NCBI GenBank assembly: GCA_951406725.2
Contig: OX597828.1
Span: 5,518,001-5,582,000 of the forward strand
Source: Octopus vulgaris
Taxonomy: Eukaryota
DNA: 64,000 nucleotides
Reading direction: 5' to 3'
Shown here: positions 14,147 through 27,945 of the stretch, one piece after another
How the letters are laid out: every line of letters begins with the position of its first letter
How positions within the stretch are numbered: position 1 is the stretch's first letter
The notes under the pieces: model-generated
What the model saw: only the letters and a program-made list of their open reading frames with translations
Database searches by the model: none
Told to the model about the DNA's origin: nothing
Program-made: the position numbers and the translations under genes

Positions 14147-14669
14147 CGTATATATATACGTATATATGTATATATATATACATATACATACATATCTATC
14201 TATCTATATTTATGTCTATGTTTCTGTGTTTATTCGTAACCAAAAATATTATTGAAAGTGACTTCGAAGTTTTTGACCAGCTGGACTATTGTCTGACTGC
14301 CATGCATTGAAGTTACTCTTGGTTTTATATAGTCTCTGTTGTTATAATCTTCCTTGTGTCAGATGAATGTAAAATTGTTTTTAATATAACCGGACATAAA
14401 TTCAAATAGAATTTCATATCATTTTTAGGATTCATTTAAGTTATTTTAATATTCAGGACTGGAAGTGAAGGTCGAACCCAGCATAGAAATGTATATACAA
14501 TATAGAAACACATCTGTAAATACCTGTGCTTACACGTACCAAGTACGCATACAAACACACATACATACATCCACACACATATATGCACACAGCCACAAAA
14601 ATACATACACATAGAGGCATACCTATATAAATTTATGCAGATGTATGTGTGTGTGTGAGTGTGTGTGTT

Positions 14670-15735
14670 TACGAAGGGGTGCTGAAAAGTTGCTGGCTTT
14701 GTCTAAAAGAAAATACAGGAAGATCAGCTAATTATGATTTTATTCAACATATACTCTACTCTGATTCACACGCTTAGTCTTGCAAAACGAACTCGAATGA
14801 CTGGGCCTCCGACTCAGAAGTTGAGTGAAAATTCGTTCCATGGAGATGTCTCTTCATTTCTAAAAAGAGTGAATAATCGAATGGGGTCAAATCAGGACAG
14901 TAAAGTAGGTGATCGAAACGAAAACCGCATAATACCATAGATTTTCATGTGTTGCTTGTGTTGGTACATTGTCCTGGAAACAGGACACCATGGCTCAGCT
15001 TCTCATAGCGTTTATGCTTCTGAGCTTCACCCGGTTCATCCGGTGGATAAACTCCATTGATTTCTGCTCGGTTTGGGGATCATAATGATGAAGCTAAGTT
15101 TCATCCGTGATGACAAACGAGTCATAAAATTGGCCTACTCCGCTGCAAACCGTTCCAAAATCGCCTGTGATGTCGTCACACTGATGCGCCTCTGATCTGC
15201 ATTCTGGCCTTTCGGTACTCATTTCGAAGAAAGCTTTCTCATATCCAGATTAATGTGGATGACGTAGTAACATCTTTTGCGGGAAATCGCCAGATTCTCT
15301 ACTATATCTTTTGCTTAAATCCGGCAATCGTCGAGAATCATGATGGGAACAACGTCGGCTTTTTCCTCTGTGGCCAAGGAAGTTGATCGTCCTGATTGGG
15401 ATACACCTGCGATCTCCAAATGAACAATCTGAAACCTTGACACCCAAATTTTCAATGTGGAGTAAGATGGACAGCCATTCTTCAATACCTTCTTTATCTC
15501 ACAATGGTTATCCCCAGCAAAATAGAGGTATTTCACGACCGCTCATGCTTAAATTTGATCAAAATCCATTCGAAGAGCCAACATCATGCGTTCATTCTGC
15601 AGAAAAGACAAAGAAATATTGTATAACATCAGGATGTTTTGCGTACCTACATACTTGTTTTACTACCCCTGTAGAACTAAGAGATGTATAATTGTATATT
15701 ACCCTTGAAACCAGGAACGTTGCAGCTCCCCTTCT
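14670..15735 (-). mobile_element. Mariner-like element, degenerate
   Basis: Imperfect TIRs TACGAAGGGGTGCTGAAAAGTTGCTGG / CCAGGAACGTTGCAGCTCCCCTTCTA. Minus-strand remnant CPSYSTLKIWVSRF...SGRS..ATEEK..V..MILDD (mariner HTH). Confidence 0.8.
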
Positions 15736-15860
15736 ATATATATATATATATATATATATATTGATAAAACGGTAAGATAACAAAAGAAAGAAAGAGACCT
15801 CAATATTATGTAAATAGAGGAAATTTATCTATACAATATGTTACATTACTCGGTAGTCAA

Positions 15861-15921
15861 GATAAAACTCTGAGTTTCAGATGTCGAAGTGGAAATCCAC
15901 AACACCATCTCTTCGGTTATC
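15861..15921 (-). ncRNA. Hammerhead-like motif with CCGAAGA core variant
   Basis: GATAA-CCGAAGA-GATG...CATCT-GAAAC-TCAGA-GTT-TTATC; stem I GATAA/TTATC. Near-identical copy at 22632-22692. Confidence 0.55.
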
Positions 15922-16105
15922 TGGCTATTTGAAAACGTTATGAAAAAATACCGTTAAAAATGAAGGGAAATTACTCTGTTATGAAAACGTTATGAAAATG
16001 CGAGCGATGTATAAGTACGCAGGCAAAGCAGAGTTATAACAGAGTAATTTCCCTTCATTTTTAATATATATATATATTTCACTTATATATATATATATGT
16101 AACAT

Positions 16106-16151
<46 letters not shown>

Positions 16152-17484
16152 AAGTAGCTAAATGCACGAATAAACAATTACATGTGCATAGACTATAATG
16201 TAATATATATGTGCGTATACAACATACACTTGGACATATACATAGACAAGCATACATATAAATATCAATATATATATACATACATCAACATATACATTTG
16301 CACACACTTACACTTACACACGCGCGCGCACACACATATACACCCATCTGAAAATAACAATATAATACGTACAATTGCTATGGTGGCAACAATAATTATA
16401 ACATCTAGCCGAGTAATATCGACATAGATATCGATATATAATATGATAGATTTCGTATCGATGTAATCAAATATTGAAATAAAGAGATCCCAGGAGTATG
16501 GGATGAAGCAAATTCACATAATCCGTAGCTATACGTCCACTGGTAAATATAATCCACACATATTTAACTACATACATTCATTTAGGTATATATACATATT
16601 CACAGACACATATATACATATACATACACCTGCACACATATACACACATATATAAATACAATACACACGCACACAGAAACACAAACATACACACACATAT
16701 ATATATATGTACACATATGCTGATAAATACACATATACGTTTATCAACACATGCATATGCGCACCTATATTTAAAATGTGTTGCGTAGTTTAAAATTCCT
16801 GTGCGTATCATGATATTATAAAAAAACATGGTAATTTGGAATATATCCAAGGAATGCAAATACACCATAATATATAAATAAAAATATACAAAATATTAGA
16901 TCAGTATAAAAGAATATCAAAATGTAAATAAACAAATAAAAACGTAATAACATTGTGGATGAATTAAAAGTAAAACAGAATTAGAATATGAGAATCGTGT
17001 ATAAAGTTAGGAAGCGAGAGAATTCTAAATACATATATCAATATAAATGACAGAGGCCATCAATGAAGTCATATATTATATTATATTATATTATGTAATA
17101 TGATTGTAACGACAATAACAGAGGTACAATACGGTTTAGAGTATTACAGAACTAATGGTGAGGAAGATAGAAAGTTTGATATCAATAGACAATACCTATC
17201 AGATTTGAAGTAATCGAATGTCCGTTGAATGTTAGGTAAGCATTTCATTTTAAGTTCCCATGCTTTATTAAGTATGTTATCCGGACAATTTAATATCTCA
17301 TATACTTCACACCGCGCTAAGACTCGGTGTGTTTTCTCTTTCTTCAATGATTCCTAAATGGGAAGGTGACCTGAAGAAAATGGTTCTTCCATGTTGCAAT
17401 CGAATAATCGATAAATAAAAGACGCGGCTGAAGCAGCTGCAGTTAACCTTTGACCAATTTATGGTTCCAATATATATCTTTTAT

Positions 17485-17705
17485 CCTTTAGTTTTTTCAG
17501 TTATAAGACTGTGGCCATGCTGGGGCACCGCCTTGAAGAATTTTTTGTGGAATGTATCGACCTGAGGACTTATTTGTTTTATAAGCATAGTACTTATACT
17601 ATCGGTTTCTATTGCCGAACCGCTATGTTACGGGGCGTAAACACACCAACACAGGTTGTCAAGAGGTGATGGGTGGGACAAACACAGACACAAAGACACT
17701 CACAC
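17485..17705 (-). mobile_element. SINE family A, 3' half
   Basis: Homologous to 59170-59370 (GGCCATGCTGGxGCACCGCC...GCCGAACCGCTA...GTAAACACACCA). Confidence 0.8.
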
Positions 17706-17765
17706 AAATATATATGTATATATATGTGTGTGTGTGTGTGTATGTATATATATATATATATATAT

Positions 17766-17850
<85 letters not shown>

Positions 17851-18082
17851 TATAATAGAAATATTAAAATTACTAAGTCTCTTTAAAAGAGATTACGACA
17901 GCGTTTCTGGAAATTAATAGTTATCGCCATACTAATATGGGATTCTTAAAAATAAGAATAAATCTGTCGCTGATTAGCTCCATGAAGCCATCGCCTCAAG
18001 CTAGCTACTTGACACACAAACTGCGTCCGTTATTAAACCTTCGAACAGGGGAGGTCAGCCGCTTCAACCTGCTAGTCCGACA

Positions 18083-18125
18083 GCTACAGACATGTTTCAG
18101 GGTTGTTGCCCTTTCTCAATGCAGC
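18083..18125 (-). ncRNA. Degenerate minimal hammerhead-like motif
   Basis: GCTGCA-TTGAGAA-AGGG CAACAA CCCT-GAAAC-AT-GTC-TGTAGC; 6-bp stem I but non-canonical core. Confidence 0.4.
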
Positions 18126-18162
18126 GTAGTTAGACCTGCAGGTGTCGCTACTGACCGTCTCC

Positions 18163-18210
<48 letters not shown>

Positions 18211-18566
18211 GTATAACTTGGTCTAAGATACAGCAATATGTACTCATAAATTTCACTGATTCTTCATGAAGCTCTATAAGACGCGATATAGGAAATTAAG
18301 TCTTTAGCAACCTTGCTTTTTCCTCTATTAGTAATTAATTATTCCCAGAATTTATTAAAAAAATGTTTTTCCATCATGCTTAATCCCCATCACCCCAAAA
18401 TAAAAATTGGTTGGGTGTATCCCATCATTTCCACTGAAAATGTATATATAAGCATGAATTATTGTAAAAGTGGTCGATATCTGACACAGTAGCCGACGAC
18501 CGACATAATGTAACCTTAAATTTTACTTTCTCATATATTTCTTCGAAACTTGTTGTCTATTTCCTT

Positions 18567-18653
18567 ATTTTCTGATGAAGGAGACATTTTCAGTGTGAAA
18601 CTAAAGGATTCATACTTTGTAGACAAATGGACTCGAGAAACGGCCGTCGAAAT
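18567..18653 (+). ncRNA. Hammerhead ribozyme motif
   Basis: ATTTT-CTGATGA-AGGAGACATTT...AAATGGACTCGA-GAAAC-GGCC-GTC-GAAAT; stem II degenerate. Confidence 0.6.
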
Positions 18654-18989
18654 ACATCTTATAGGGTGATATGACCGTCTATAAAAATTTTTCTACAACT
18701 ATTGAAACAAATTCATCCTTATTATTTCTCTGATTTGTAAATCCATCATTAAGATTTCTCACTGCTGTCGATGTATTTTACAACTCTTAATCCAACATTT
18801 TTAATCTTAAGTTTAATATAAATTTTAATCGATGTATCACTCTTTGTTTACTTATCCTTTTCACGTATATTTTTACCTCATGTATTTCTTATTTCTATTC
18901 TAAATAATATGTTGATAAGTCCCTTGTCTTGCTGTTATATGCATTTATTATGTTGATGTAAATTATAACTACAGGATGATTATCTAAAC

Positions 18990-19445
18990 TTTGTCTCTTC
19001 ATAATCCAATTTATATAACGTCTAGCGTCTCGGGTTCGACCTGAACACTTTCAAGGAATTGTGTAAAAACATTTTCTAAAGAAGAAGCAATAGACTCACC
19101 ACTACATTAACATGTCCCTATATGCCTTTTCTCTATTTCAAATTCTTATGAATATCCGTTCAACTATATCTGATACAGACTCCCTGTAATCTTATTGTAA
19201 TATGCTTTCGTTACCAACTTAAAACATTTCCACTGAATAAAATGGTAATACCTAATTAATTGAATTTAATTATTAATTTAATTATTATTATATTTAATTT
19301 AATTTTTTTCCATGTTTGCTTACATGTTAGTATTATCGTACGAAACGATCGTATGGATTAAGAATTAAAAAACACTTTTAGCATCTTCCCTTCTCCATTT
19401 TTTTAACTGTTAGTTGAGTTATATAGGTTTTTTTTATCCTGTAAC
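18990..19445 (+). pseudogene. Penelope GIY-YIG 3' remnant followed by a degenerate hammerhead (19229-19357) and TTTTATCCT terminus
   Basis: GST.NTFK-like and CNL-like relics, then TCCA-CTGAATA...GAAAC-GATC-GTA-TGGA. Confidence 0.45.
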
Positions 19446-20047
19446 ACACATCACATATTTTTAATTAAATATATATATGTGTGTGTCTCGGTTTGTGCGT
19501 GTGTGTGTGTGTGACACACAAACGGACAGCCAACCAGACAGATAAATAGATAGATAGATAGATAAATAGATAGTAGATAGATATGCATGCAGTCATATAA
19601 TCACGTTTATATATATATATATATATATATCCATATATATACGTATGTGTGTGCATGTATGTGTTTGTGCATGTGATGATCGCCAGCTTATCGAAATTCA
19701 TATTAAGTTAGATATGGAAGGAAGTCTGATGATGTTAATAAACGTGCTCTATCGTATATTGTCCATCTTTAGTCATTTATACTACTTGCATAATTGCCCG
19801 AAGCTTATTAGCTTCCTATATTTGGACCCTTCCATCTCTGGATCGTGCTAATCTATTATTGTTCATGTTTATATACATATACGTACACGTGAGAAATATG
19901 CATACAATTTTCTAGTGTATGTATATATGCTTGTGTATACATAGTGCATATACATACGCTAGAAAATGGTATACAACAATATACTTTTTTAGATTACATT
20001 TCTATGTAGTTTCCGAATTGTCATAAGAAATGCTATATATACATACA

Positions 20048-20112
<65 letters not shown>

Positions 20113-20414
20113 ATGTATATATATATATATATACACACGAGTAAGTGGGCAAACAAAAGAGGGGGCACTCAACACACGTTTATTGGGAATCACATGTATT
20201 GATCAAATCAGTTTGATCCAGAATACTTGGTACTCTGACTTTCAAGCAGCTGGCTCGTCTTTGGCTATTGGTGTCCGAATGAGTGTTCGACTGAAGAGGG
20301 CCAGTGTTTGTTGCTGGACGTTAGCCTGCGATTATCCGAGAAAGGGAACGCGGTATTGATGTTGATATTTATTAGCGACAACATTTAGACTGAAAATACC
20401 GTGTGGTGGACAGG

Positions 20415-20484
<70 letters not shown>

Positions 20485-20757
20485 ACACTCACACACACAC
20501 ACGCGCACATATATGTATATATATATATATATATATACATATATGTATATATATGTTCTTGTCCCAGTTTGTATTTTTCTACGTATAATATATATATATG
20601 TATATATATTTATATATACATATGTATGTTTATATTCAAGACATTCATGTATATATTTATATATTACATATATTTCATATCTACCTACCTACCTGCATAC
20701 ATACGTACAAACACACACACATATATAAATATATACATACATATATACATATATGTG

Positions 20758-20807
<50 letters not shown>

Positions 20808-20813
<6 letters not shown>

Positions 20814-21196
20814 TGAATTGAAGAAATGGAGTTGAACGAAGATTGAACAGAAATCGCTTTATTGCATTCTACACGTGTTTCGAAAGGCACAATTTACCAA
20901 ATTCCGATTGAATAAGGAGACCATATTGTGTCTTTCTCTTCAGGAAGATATAGGAAATCCGTTGGAAAAAACAAAAACAGAACAGAGGCGGAGCAAAACA
21001 AATCGTTTTGCTCCGCCTCTGTTCTGTTTTTGTTTTTTCCAACGGATTTCCTATATCTTCCTGAAGAGAAAGACACAATATGGTCTCCTTATTCAATCGG
21101 AATTTGGTAAATTGTGCCTTTCGAAACACGTGTAGAATGCAATAAAGCGATTTCTGTTCAATCTTCGTTCAACTCCATTTCTTCAATTCACTAATA
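20808..21196. repeat. Perfect 389-bp palindrome (192-bp arms, 5-nt loop AAATC at 21000-21004)
   Basis: The arms are exact reverse complements as read, and the ORF track shows mirror-image ORFs on both strands. Confidence 0.97.
21058..21137 (+). ncRNA. Hammerhead ribozyme motif (mirror copy at 20867-20946 on minus)
   Basis: TTC-CTGAAGA-GAAAGACACAAT...ATTGTGCCTTTC-GAAAC-ACGT-GTA-GAA followed by AATAAA. Confidence 0.75.
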
Positions 21197-21348
21197 ATAT
21201 TATAATTCAATAATCCGCACCAACGCACGGTTGCAACACCATAGGGTTGTACCTCCAACCGTGCTGTCTTCTGCTGTGATTTTTGCTACCAAGGTATTGG
21301 TTAAACTTTTGATTAATCTGCAACAAGATTATTCATCTTTCTATTTCA

Positions 21349-21452
<104 letters not shown>

Positions 21453-22508
21453 TTATACACACACACGCAATGTACACATAAATAAATGTGGTGAGGAGGT
21501 GGTTTCTACCGACTTGAAAGCGTCTCGAAATTATACTCGAGAAGTATCCAGAGCAGTTATTGGTGCTCATTTCCTAAACCAGACATTTTAAAAGGAAACG
21601 TTTAAAACTTCATATAATTGTATGACGATTCACAGTCTAATTTCTAAGTAGTAGTTAAGCTAACAACCAATACTTCTTACCAATTCTTACACTGGCAGGG
21701 AAAATTATCAATGATTGTTCAATATCTATATTTGGTCTGATTTACAGTTTCATATTGAAACATAAAACATTGATATAAATCTTCCTTATTGACAAGGAGG
21801 CTGAAATAAAAGAAAAGTGAGTTCTAATATTGCTTACGTAACATGAGAGCACGAAAGATTTATTAAAATACAATATTGTTAGCATAAATAAAAAAAAAGA
21901 AAACATTCTAAGTCCGTTCTAAACACAATCACTTTGTCGAACAACTATATCCTTCGATGAATAGTCATAAAAACATGAAAGTTAAGAAGAAATGCATGAA
22001 CGCTGCTTACGTCAGAGACATTTAATATTAGTCAAGATTTCCAGTTATTATTGGTGGTTTTAGTTTTATGACTTTATCCAGAAGAATGAAATATGTAAAT
22101 GAATTTCGGAGACAATAATATCGATTCTAAAACTAAAAGGTGATTAAGATAATTTTTGTTGGCGAAACTGCATTTATTCCTAACAGCTTGCTCCGATTAT
22201 TGAAGAAATATTTTCAGCAATAAGTAAAAGCACTTAAAGTCTTTCTTCAAAACAGCTTTGACATCCTCAGAATTACTTTTATCTAATTACACTATATTCA
22301 ATACAACGCATTTGAAAAGTATATGACAATTTCCAGTCTAGAACACAAATATATTTTCCCATCTACCATTTAAACATTCCGTAATGTGGACTTGTTCAGA
22401 GTACACACCTACAGACCCCCACATTTACATACTACCTATCTATGTATGTATGTATGCATGTATGTATGTATGTATGTATGTATGTATGTATGTATGTATG
22501 TATGTATG

Positions 22509-22605
<97 letters not shown>

Positions 22606-22631
22606 ATATGTTATAATTACTCAATAGTCAA

Positions 22632-22692
22632 GATAAAACTCTGAGTTTCAGATGCCGAAGTGGAAATCCACAACACCATCTCTTCGGTTATC
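22632..22692 (-). ncRNA. Hammerhead-like motif (CCGAAGA variant), same family as 15861-15921
   Basis: Segment 22617-22750 is nearly identical to 15847-15980; both lie a short distance downstream of a (TA)n tract. Confidence 0.55.
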
Positions 22693-23403
22693 TGGCCATC
22701 TGAAAAAACGCTATGAAAAAATACCGTTATATAAAGGGAAATTACTGTGTTATAATTCTGCTACTTATATAAAATAAGATTAAACTTTCATAGTAAAACA
22801 CGTAAACATGGCTAGTCATACGCTCACATGTGCGCTCGCGGACCCACGTGCGTACTTATAAGTCACTATGAAAACGTACACATCTTCACTCGCATTTTTC
22901 GCCAAATATATACTCATATATATATAACCTCATACACACACATGCGTACTGTAAAAGTTCATACATACGTCTATATACACACAAGTACAAGAAAAACCAT
23001 GGTTAAATGTAACAGAAAAAACATAAGGAGGTATACAAAACTTAAAAACCACGTTCATATACGGACATGCCCTTAAGCACTCATACACACTCACTCCCAT
23101 TTATGTACATACCCGCACATGTTTATATACGCATACATACACACGCATATACGAAGAATGAATATACATATGCACCCCCTTCCCCCCCAAAACCCTAAAA
23201 AAATGGAGAAATACTAAGTAAAAACGTCTATATATATGCATTATTATGCCCGCACACACGCACACATCTAAAACTGCCCACTCATACATATTTACACACG
23301 TGTACAAATGAATCTATATTTAACTATATATCTGTTTGAGTGTCTGTCTGTCTATACATGTGCATGTAATTATATGTATATATAAATACATGTGTGTATA
23401 TGC

Positions 23404-23449
<46 letters not shown>

Positions 23450-23452
<3 letters not shown>

Positions 23453-24391
23453 AAATATTACATTATACAATTAGGGCTTAGTAAAATAAATTACTTTGCC
23501 AAAAAATAGCAGCCAAAAAGATTTTTAGCCATTTCCACTACTTTAAGAAAAATTCTCCCAGATAATGTTTACTCAAAAATAACTCACGAAGATATGGAGG
23601 TAAAACAGTAAAATATCACAAGTACAAAGATCATTTGAGAACGTCACGTTTCTAGATTAACCGAAATAAAACTCAGCATTTCCTTCGTCAGCTCAACATT
23701 TCTTAATTTTGGAATTGAAAGCACTAAAAGAATGAACATACCCGTCCGGCAATGTATCACCTCAGACAAACACCCTCAAACTGCCAGTACTAGCAAATTC
23801 AAAATGTACAAGCGAAGATTCATGTTCTTTCCTCTACCACCCACGTGAGTTATCTAGTAAACATACTATAACGGTGAGAACCGTAGTAACAGAACAGGGA
23901 GAAAGGAATTATAATATCAATAATTGAGGGTAAAATTAATTAGTTATTAATCAATTTTACCAAGTAGTGTTCAGTATGTAAAAGGACCATTTAAGGCGTA
24001 TTCAAAATATTACATTATATAATTAGGGCTTAGTAAAATAAATTACTTTGCCACATACTGAACTTTCTAGAAATAGCAGCCAAAAAGTTTTTTAGCCATT
24101 TCCACTACTTTAAGAAAATTTTTCTTAAAGTAGTGGAAATGGCTAAAAAACTTTTTGGCTGCTAGTTTTTTAGCCATTTCCACTACTTTAAGAAAATGTT
24201 TCTTAAAGTAGTGGAAATGGCTAAAAAAACTTTTTGGCTGCTATTTCTAGAAAGTTCAGTATGTGGCAAAGTAATTTATTTTACTAAGCCCTAATTATAT
24301 AATGTAATATTTTGAATACGCCTTAAATGGTCCTTTTACATACTGAACACTACTTGGTGAAATTGATTAATAACAAATTAATTTTACCCTC

Positions 24392-24396
<5 letters not shown>
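23450..24396 (-). mobile_element. (TA)n-flanked hammerhead element: one monomer of about 550 bp plus a second copy folded into a palindrome (23921-24396) with a doubled hairpin centre
   Basis: 23451 onward repeats at 24003 onward; 23921-24115 is reverse-complemented at about 24198-24396; two centres TTAAGAAAATxTTTCTTAA. Confidence 0.85.
23635..23696 (-). ncRNA. Hammerhead ribozyme motif
   Basis: TTGAG-CTGACGA-AGGAAATG...ATCTA-GAAAC-GTGAC-GTT-CTCAA; 5-bp stem I, weak stem II. Confidence 0.6.
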
Positions 24397-24427
<31 letters not shown>

Positions 24428-24459
24428 TCTTATGTTCTTTTTAAAGGATGCAGACATTT

Positions 24460-24685
24460 CAGTACGTGCATGCTGGAGAATCTCCCTGACGGATCTTTAG
24501 TCGAAGAAATTGACCCCATGACCCCATAACTTTTTTAAGCCTGGTAACTGTTCTTTTTGTCTATTTATGCTAAGTTGCGGAGACCTAAATGCACCAACAC
24601 CGTTTGTCGAACGGTGTTGGGGGAACAAGCACACATTGATACATACACACATGCATATATGTATATATATATATACATACATACA

Positions 24686-24721
<36 letters not shown>

Positions 24722-24847
24722 TATACATAAGAAAGGGTTCTTTACGTCTATCGTCCGAGGCTATAGTAACGGACCCTTGCCTGAGGTACCACGAAGTGGA
24801 ACTGAAACCGGAATCATGTGACTAGGAAGCAAGCTCCTTACTACACA

Positions 24848-24850
<3 letters not shown>
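24460..24850 (-). mobile_element. SINE family A, degraded full copy
   Basis: Both halves are homologous to 59170-59583, with a central microsatellite. Confidence 0.7.
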
Positions 24851-24888
<38 letters not shown>

Positions 24889-26500
24889 ATGTATGTATAT
24901 ATACCTGTATGTGTGTGCATGTATATGCATATTCTCTTGTTGGTCTTAAAGGGTTTTAGACTGTAGCCTTAAAGGGTTTTAGTCTAAGAAATCCACCCCA
25001 TCATTTACTCTTTGTCCGTTTAGTACTTATTTTAAAAGTCTCTTTTAGCTGAAACGGTAAGTTACGTGTGCGCAACCGCAAAAACACCAATTGTGAATCG
25101 ATGATTGGGAGGGGGCAACACAGACACATACGCATGCACACACGTATACACATACACATATACGACGCGGTTCTTTCAGTTTCCGTCTGCGAAATCAGCT
25201 GTATTTTGAATGAATTTAATTTGAATGGTACTGAAGAATATAATACATGACGTACGAATAGTATTCCAATTACATTTACTAGCAAAACAACAAAGACGAT
25301 TACAATAATATAAATAACAGAAGCTAATATACAGACATTATGTATCGAAATGTGTATTGTGTAGCGTCTTTTTCGAACGGTGTAATTTGTGAGGCACAAA
25401 CACATCCTAAAGCATTTATTTTGAGAAAAATATTTCATGTATTTATACAATTTTTCTTACTACATGATTAATGAGATATTTTTGTAAATTTCTGATTATT
25501 CTCGCTGATACACATAGTATTATCTACCTTTGCGAAGTAAAATTACTAACTTTGGAGCAAAATAGCTATATTACAATTCTACTTTCAGTATATTTCATTA
25601 TGCATTTTATGTCCTTTCCATGTTGGCATTTGAAGTGAACAATTAATTCAGATTAAACTAAATAAATATTCGAATTACGAAGACTTTTGCGGGGACACGA
25701 TTCGTATATGCTATAAAAGAGGAAACAGAGAATCTAACGTTGAATGAAATGAATTACTAGCATTATAGTCACCAACATCCTTTGATTAGCGAGCTTTGAG
25801 ATGGCGTGACTAATGACACAACTTCACGCGCAAAGGTCGCAACATCTGCTGACATTCTGAACAGTGAGAAAGTGCAGTTGCATTTTCTCAGGGATGTCCT
25901 TCTGCAGCTCGTTTGTTTGATGAAGCTGAAGTTTTAGAGCTGTGTACCCACAAGACTGAATATCTAACTTTCTGGCAATGCCAACGATCGAAAGTAAACG
26001 ACATGACAAGATCGAAACTGACTGACCGTTAGTAAAGAGAGACACACAAATAAGAAAGAAGAAAGCAAAGGACCACTAATAAGGTCACAGGAGTGTGACG
26101 AAAGAACTCTGGCCGAAATAAGATTAAGATTAATATAAAAAATAAATAACGCTAAAGCAAAGTAACACCAAATATATAGTGCGTGTGTTTTTATTGGCTA
26201 AACTGGCAAAATGACCATTCCTAAATTCAACAATATATATAATTGTATTAACGGAGAAAGTCAAAATGTGACTTTTCTTCTCCGTATTGAATGAATGTCT
26301 ACACATTACGAAGCTACTGAGAAAAACTCCATAAATAGATGCGATCCTTTTATATAATTATATATATATATATATATAAATAATGACGTATGTATATACA
26401 TATATATAACTGTAACTCTTATTTTCATACATACATTGCTTATTTCCATTCTGACGACCTGATAATAATCATTAACGTGATTTTTATCCTTATTTTATGA

Positions 26501-26539
<39 letters not shown>

Positions 26540-26547
26540 TGTGTGTG

Positions 26548-26688
<141 letters not shown>

Positions 26689-26689
26689 G

Positions 26690-26720
<31 letters not shown>

Positions 26721-26852
26721 TATTAAGGGAGAAATTCGGAACATGGCTTTTCTTCAACATACTAAATGAATGTCTAAACATTACGAAGCTACCGAGAAAA
26801 ACTCCATAAGTACATGCGATCCCTTAGTATAATTATATGTATATTCATATAT

Positions 26853-27155
26853 GTGGAGGCACATGGCCAAATGGTTAGAGCAGGGGAGTCGCGGTCGAGG
26901 GATCGTGGGTTCGAATCTCAGACCGTGCGATGTGTGTGTTTATGAGCGAAACACCAGAGCTCCACGCGGCTCCGGCAGAAGGTAATGGCGACCTTCTGCT
27001 GTCTCTTTCGCCACAAAATTCTCTCATTCCTTCCTCCTGAATCTTTTAGCTCACCTGCGACGGACCGGTGTCCCGTCCAGGTGGGGAACCTATACGCCAA
27101 GGAAACTGGGAAACCGGCCCTTATGAGCCAGGCATGGCTCGAAAAGGAACAAACA
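26853..27155 (+). mobile_element. SINE family B (tRNA-derived head, possibly tRNA-Arg-like)
   Basis: A box TGGCCAAATGG and B box GTTCGAATC; homologous to 42515-42890 and 60175-60385. Confidence 0.8.
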
Positions 27156-27282
27156 ACATATACATATATAGAAATATTATTATTAATTTAATAATAAAAA
27201 TTGCATATTTGCATGCTGACGACCTGAAAATAATCATTAACGTGAGTTTCTCCATATTTTATGAATATATATATATGCACAT

Positions 27283-27317
<35 letters not shown>

Positions 27318-27346
27318 CATACATATATACATACATACATACATAC

Positions 27347-27403
<57 letters not shown>

Positions 27404-27407
27404 CAAC

Positions 27408-27740
27408 AATTGAGGGTAAAATTAATTAATTATTAATCAATTTCACCAAGTATTCAGTATGTAAAGGGACCATTTTAGGCGAATTCAAAATATTACATTA
27501 TATATAAGGGCTTAGTAAAATAAATTACTTTGCCACATACTGAACTCATTAGAAATAGCAGCTAAAGAAATTTCTTCAGCTATTTCTAATACTTAAAGAT
27601 CTTTCTCAGATAGTGTTTGCCTAAACCAACTCACAAAGGTCTGAGAAAGATCTTTAAGTATTAGAAATAGCTGAAGAAATTTCTTTAGCTGCTATTTCTA
27701 ATGAGTTCAGTATGTGGCAAAGTAATTTATTTTACTAAGC

Positions 27741-27750
<10 letters not shown>
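27408..27750. mobile_element. Fold-back copy of the 23450-24396 element family (arms about 27500-27610 and 27640-27750, 29-nt loop)
   Basis: Same AATTGAGGGTAAAATT start and GGGCTTAGTAAAATAAATTACTTTGCCACATACTGAAC core; perfect inverted arms; flanked by (TA)n on both sides. Confidence 0.9.
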
Positions 27751-27774
<24 letters not shown>

Positions 27775-27778
<4 letters not shown>

Positions 27779-27945
27779 CTTGTTTCAGTCATATGACTGC
27801 AACCATGCTTGTGTACCACATTGAAAGGCTTTAGTGGAAGAAATCGAAGCCAGGAGTTATTTTTTTAAACTTAGTACTTAGTATTTTATCCAATCCTTTT
27901 GCCGAACCACGAAGTTACGAGACGTAAACACACCTGTACCGGTCG
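27775..27945 (-). mobile_element. SINE family A, 3' half
   Basis: TTACTTGTTTCAGTCAT..GACTGC...GCCGAACC...GTAAACACACC. Confidence 0.7.

Noticed and set aside
20869-21135. Mirror-image 86-aa ORFs on both strands
   Set aside because: A by-product of the perfect palindrome; no protein motif.
26853-26925. tRNA gene
   Set aside because: The tRNA-like head lacks a good acceptor stem and continues into a repeated SINE body; the same applies at 42515 and 47085-47153.
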